Assembly: GCA_016840425.1 (NCBI GenBank)
Contig: JAEOSI010000169.1
Location: forward strand, 1 to 5,142
DNA: 5,142 nt
From: Candidatus Wukongarchaeum yapensis
Lineage (GTDB): Archaea; Asgardarchaeota; Wukongarchaeia; Wukongarchaeales; Wukongarchaeaceae
Direction: 5' to 3'
The position numbers were made by a program, and so were the translations under genes. The notes under the pieces were generated by a model. It saw only the letters and a list, made by a program, of their open reading frames with translations, had not been told where the DNA came from and searched no databases. Position 1 is the first letter of the stretch. Every line of letters starts with the position of its first letter. Positions 4,923 through 5,142 of this stretch are shown here, piece after piece.

Positions 4923-5142
4923 TTAGGAAGTTTTTCCTGTGATGGAGTTTTTAGCGAACTCTATGGCTTTTCCCGTGTTTTTTTCTGCAAGTTTAGAAAG
5001 CTGCGCGATTTCTTCTTTGGTTTGTTTTGTGATCTCTTTTGACTCAGTTTCCACAGTTTTTGCCGCGTCTTCTTTTATTTTTTCAACTTTAGAACGAGCT
5101 TCTTCAAGGATTTTTTCCGTTTTTGCTTTTGCTTCTTCCCTA
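4923..5142 (-). CDS. Probable A/V-type ATP synthase peripheral stalk subunit H (G-like), C-terminal part; runs off the right edge
   Basis: Manual translation of an open frame from the edge: REEAKAKTEKILEEARSKVEKIKEDAAKTVETESKEITKQTKEEIAQLSKLAEKNTGKAIEFAKNSITGKTS*. It is a charged coiled coil ending in an 'AEKN..KAIEF' pattern like subunit H/G, 70 bp upstream of subunit F. It lacks the globular C-terminus of subunit E. Confidence 0.7.
   Translation of the reverse strand, partial: REEAKAKTEKILEEARSKVEKIKEDAAKTVETESKEITKQTKEEIAQLSKLAEKNTGKAIEFAKNSITGKTS

Noticed and set aside
4482-5042. Plus-strand ORFs 4482-4733 and 4746-5042
   Set aside because: Antisense shadows of the ATP synthase genes and the IS right end.

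Overview
Archaeal genomic window, judged from the A-type ATP synthase subunits, the OapA/OapB pair and GGTGA-type ribosome-binding sites. Left to right: (1) the 5' end of a methanogen-type heterodisulfide reductase subunit A gene (minus strand, missed by the ORF track), divergent from a GcvH/LbpA-like lipoyl carrier and a metallo-beta-lactamase-fold hydrolase; (2) a convergent oapA (Era-like GTPase)-oapB (DUF2073) pair with no oapC; (3) a 1580-bp tnpB-only IS200/IS605 element (2962-4541) inserted in the last codon of the ATP synthase subunit F gene without changing the protein; (4) subunit F and the 3' part of a probable subunit H/G gene. The tnpB is a pseudogene with a nonsense codon, a +1 frameshift and a nested insertion, but its right-end omegaRNA still looks fully structured. 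The most striking feature is the nested 199-bp, opposite-strand, protein-free IS200/IS605 mini-element (4059-4257). It consists of a left end, a TATA-like box and an omegaRNA scaffold, and its predicted guide is the host tnpB sequence, so it could target intact sibling copies of the outer element. All calls are from manual reading; no searches were run.
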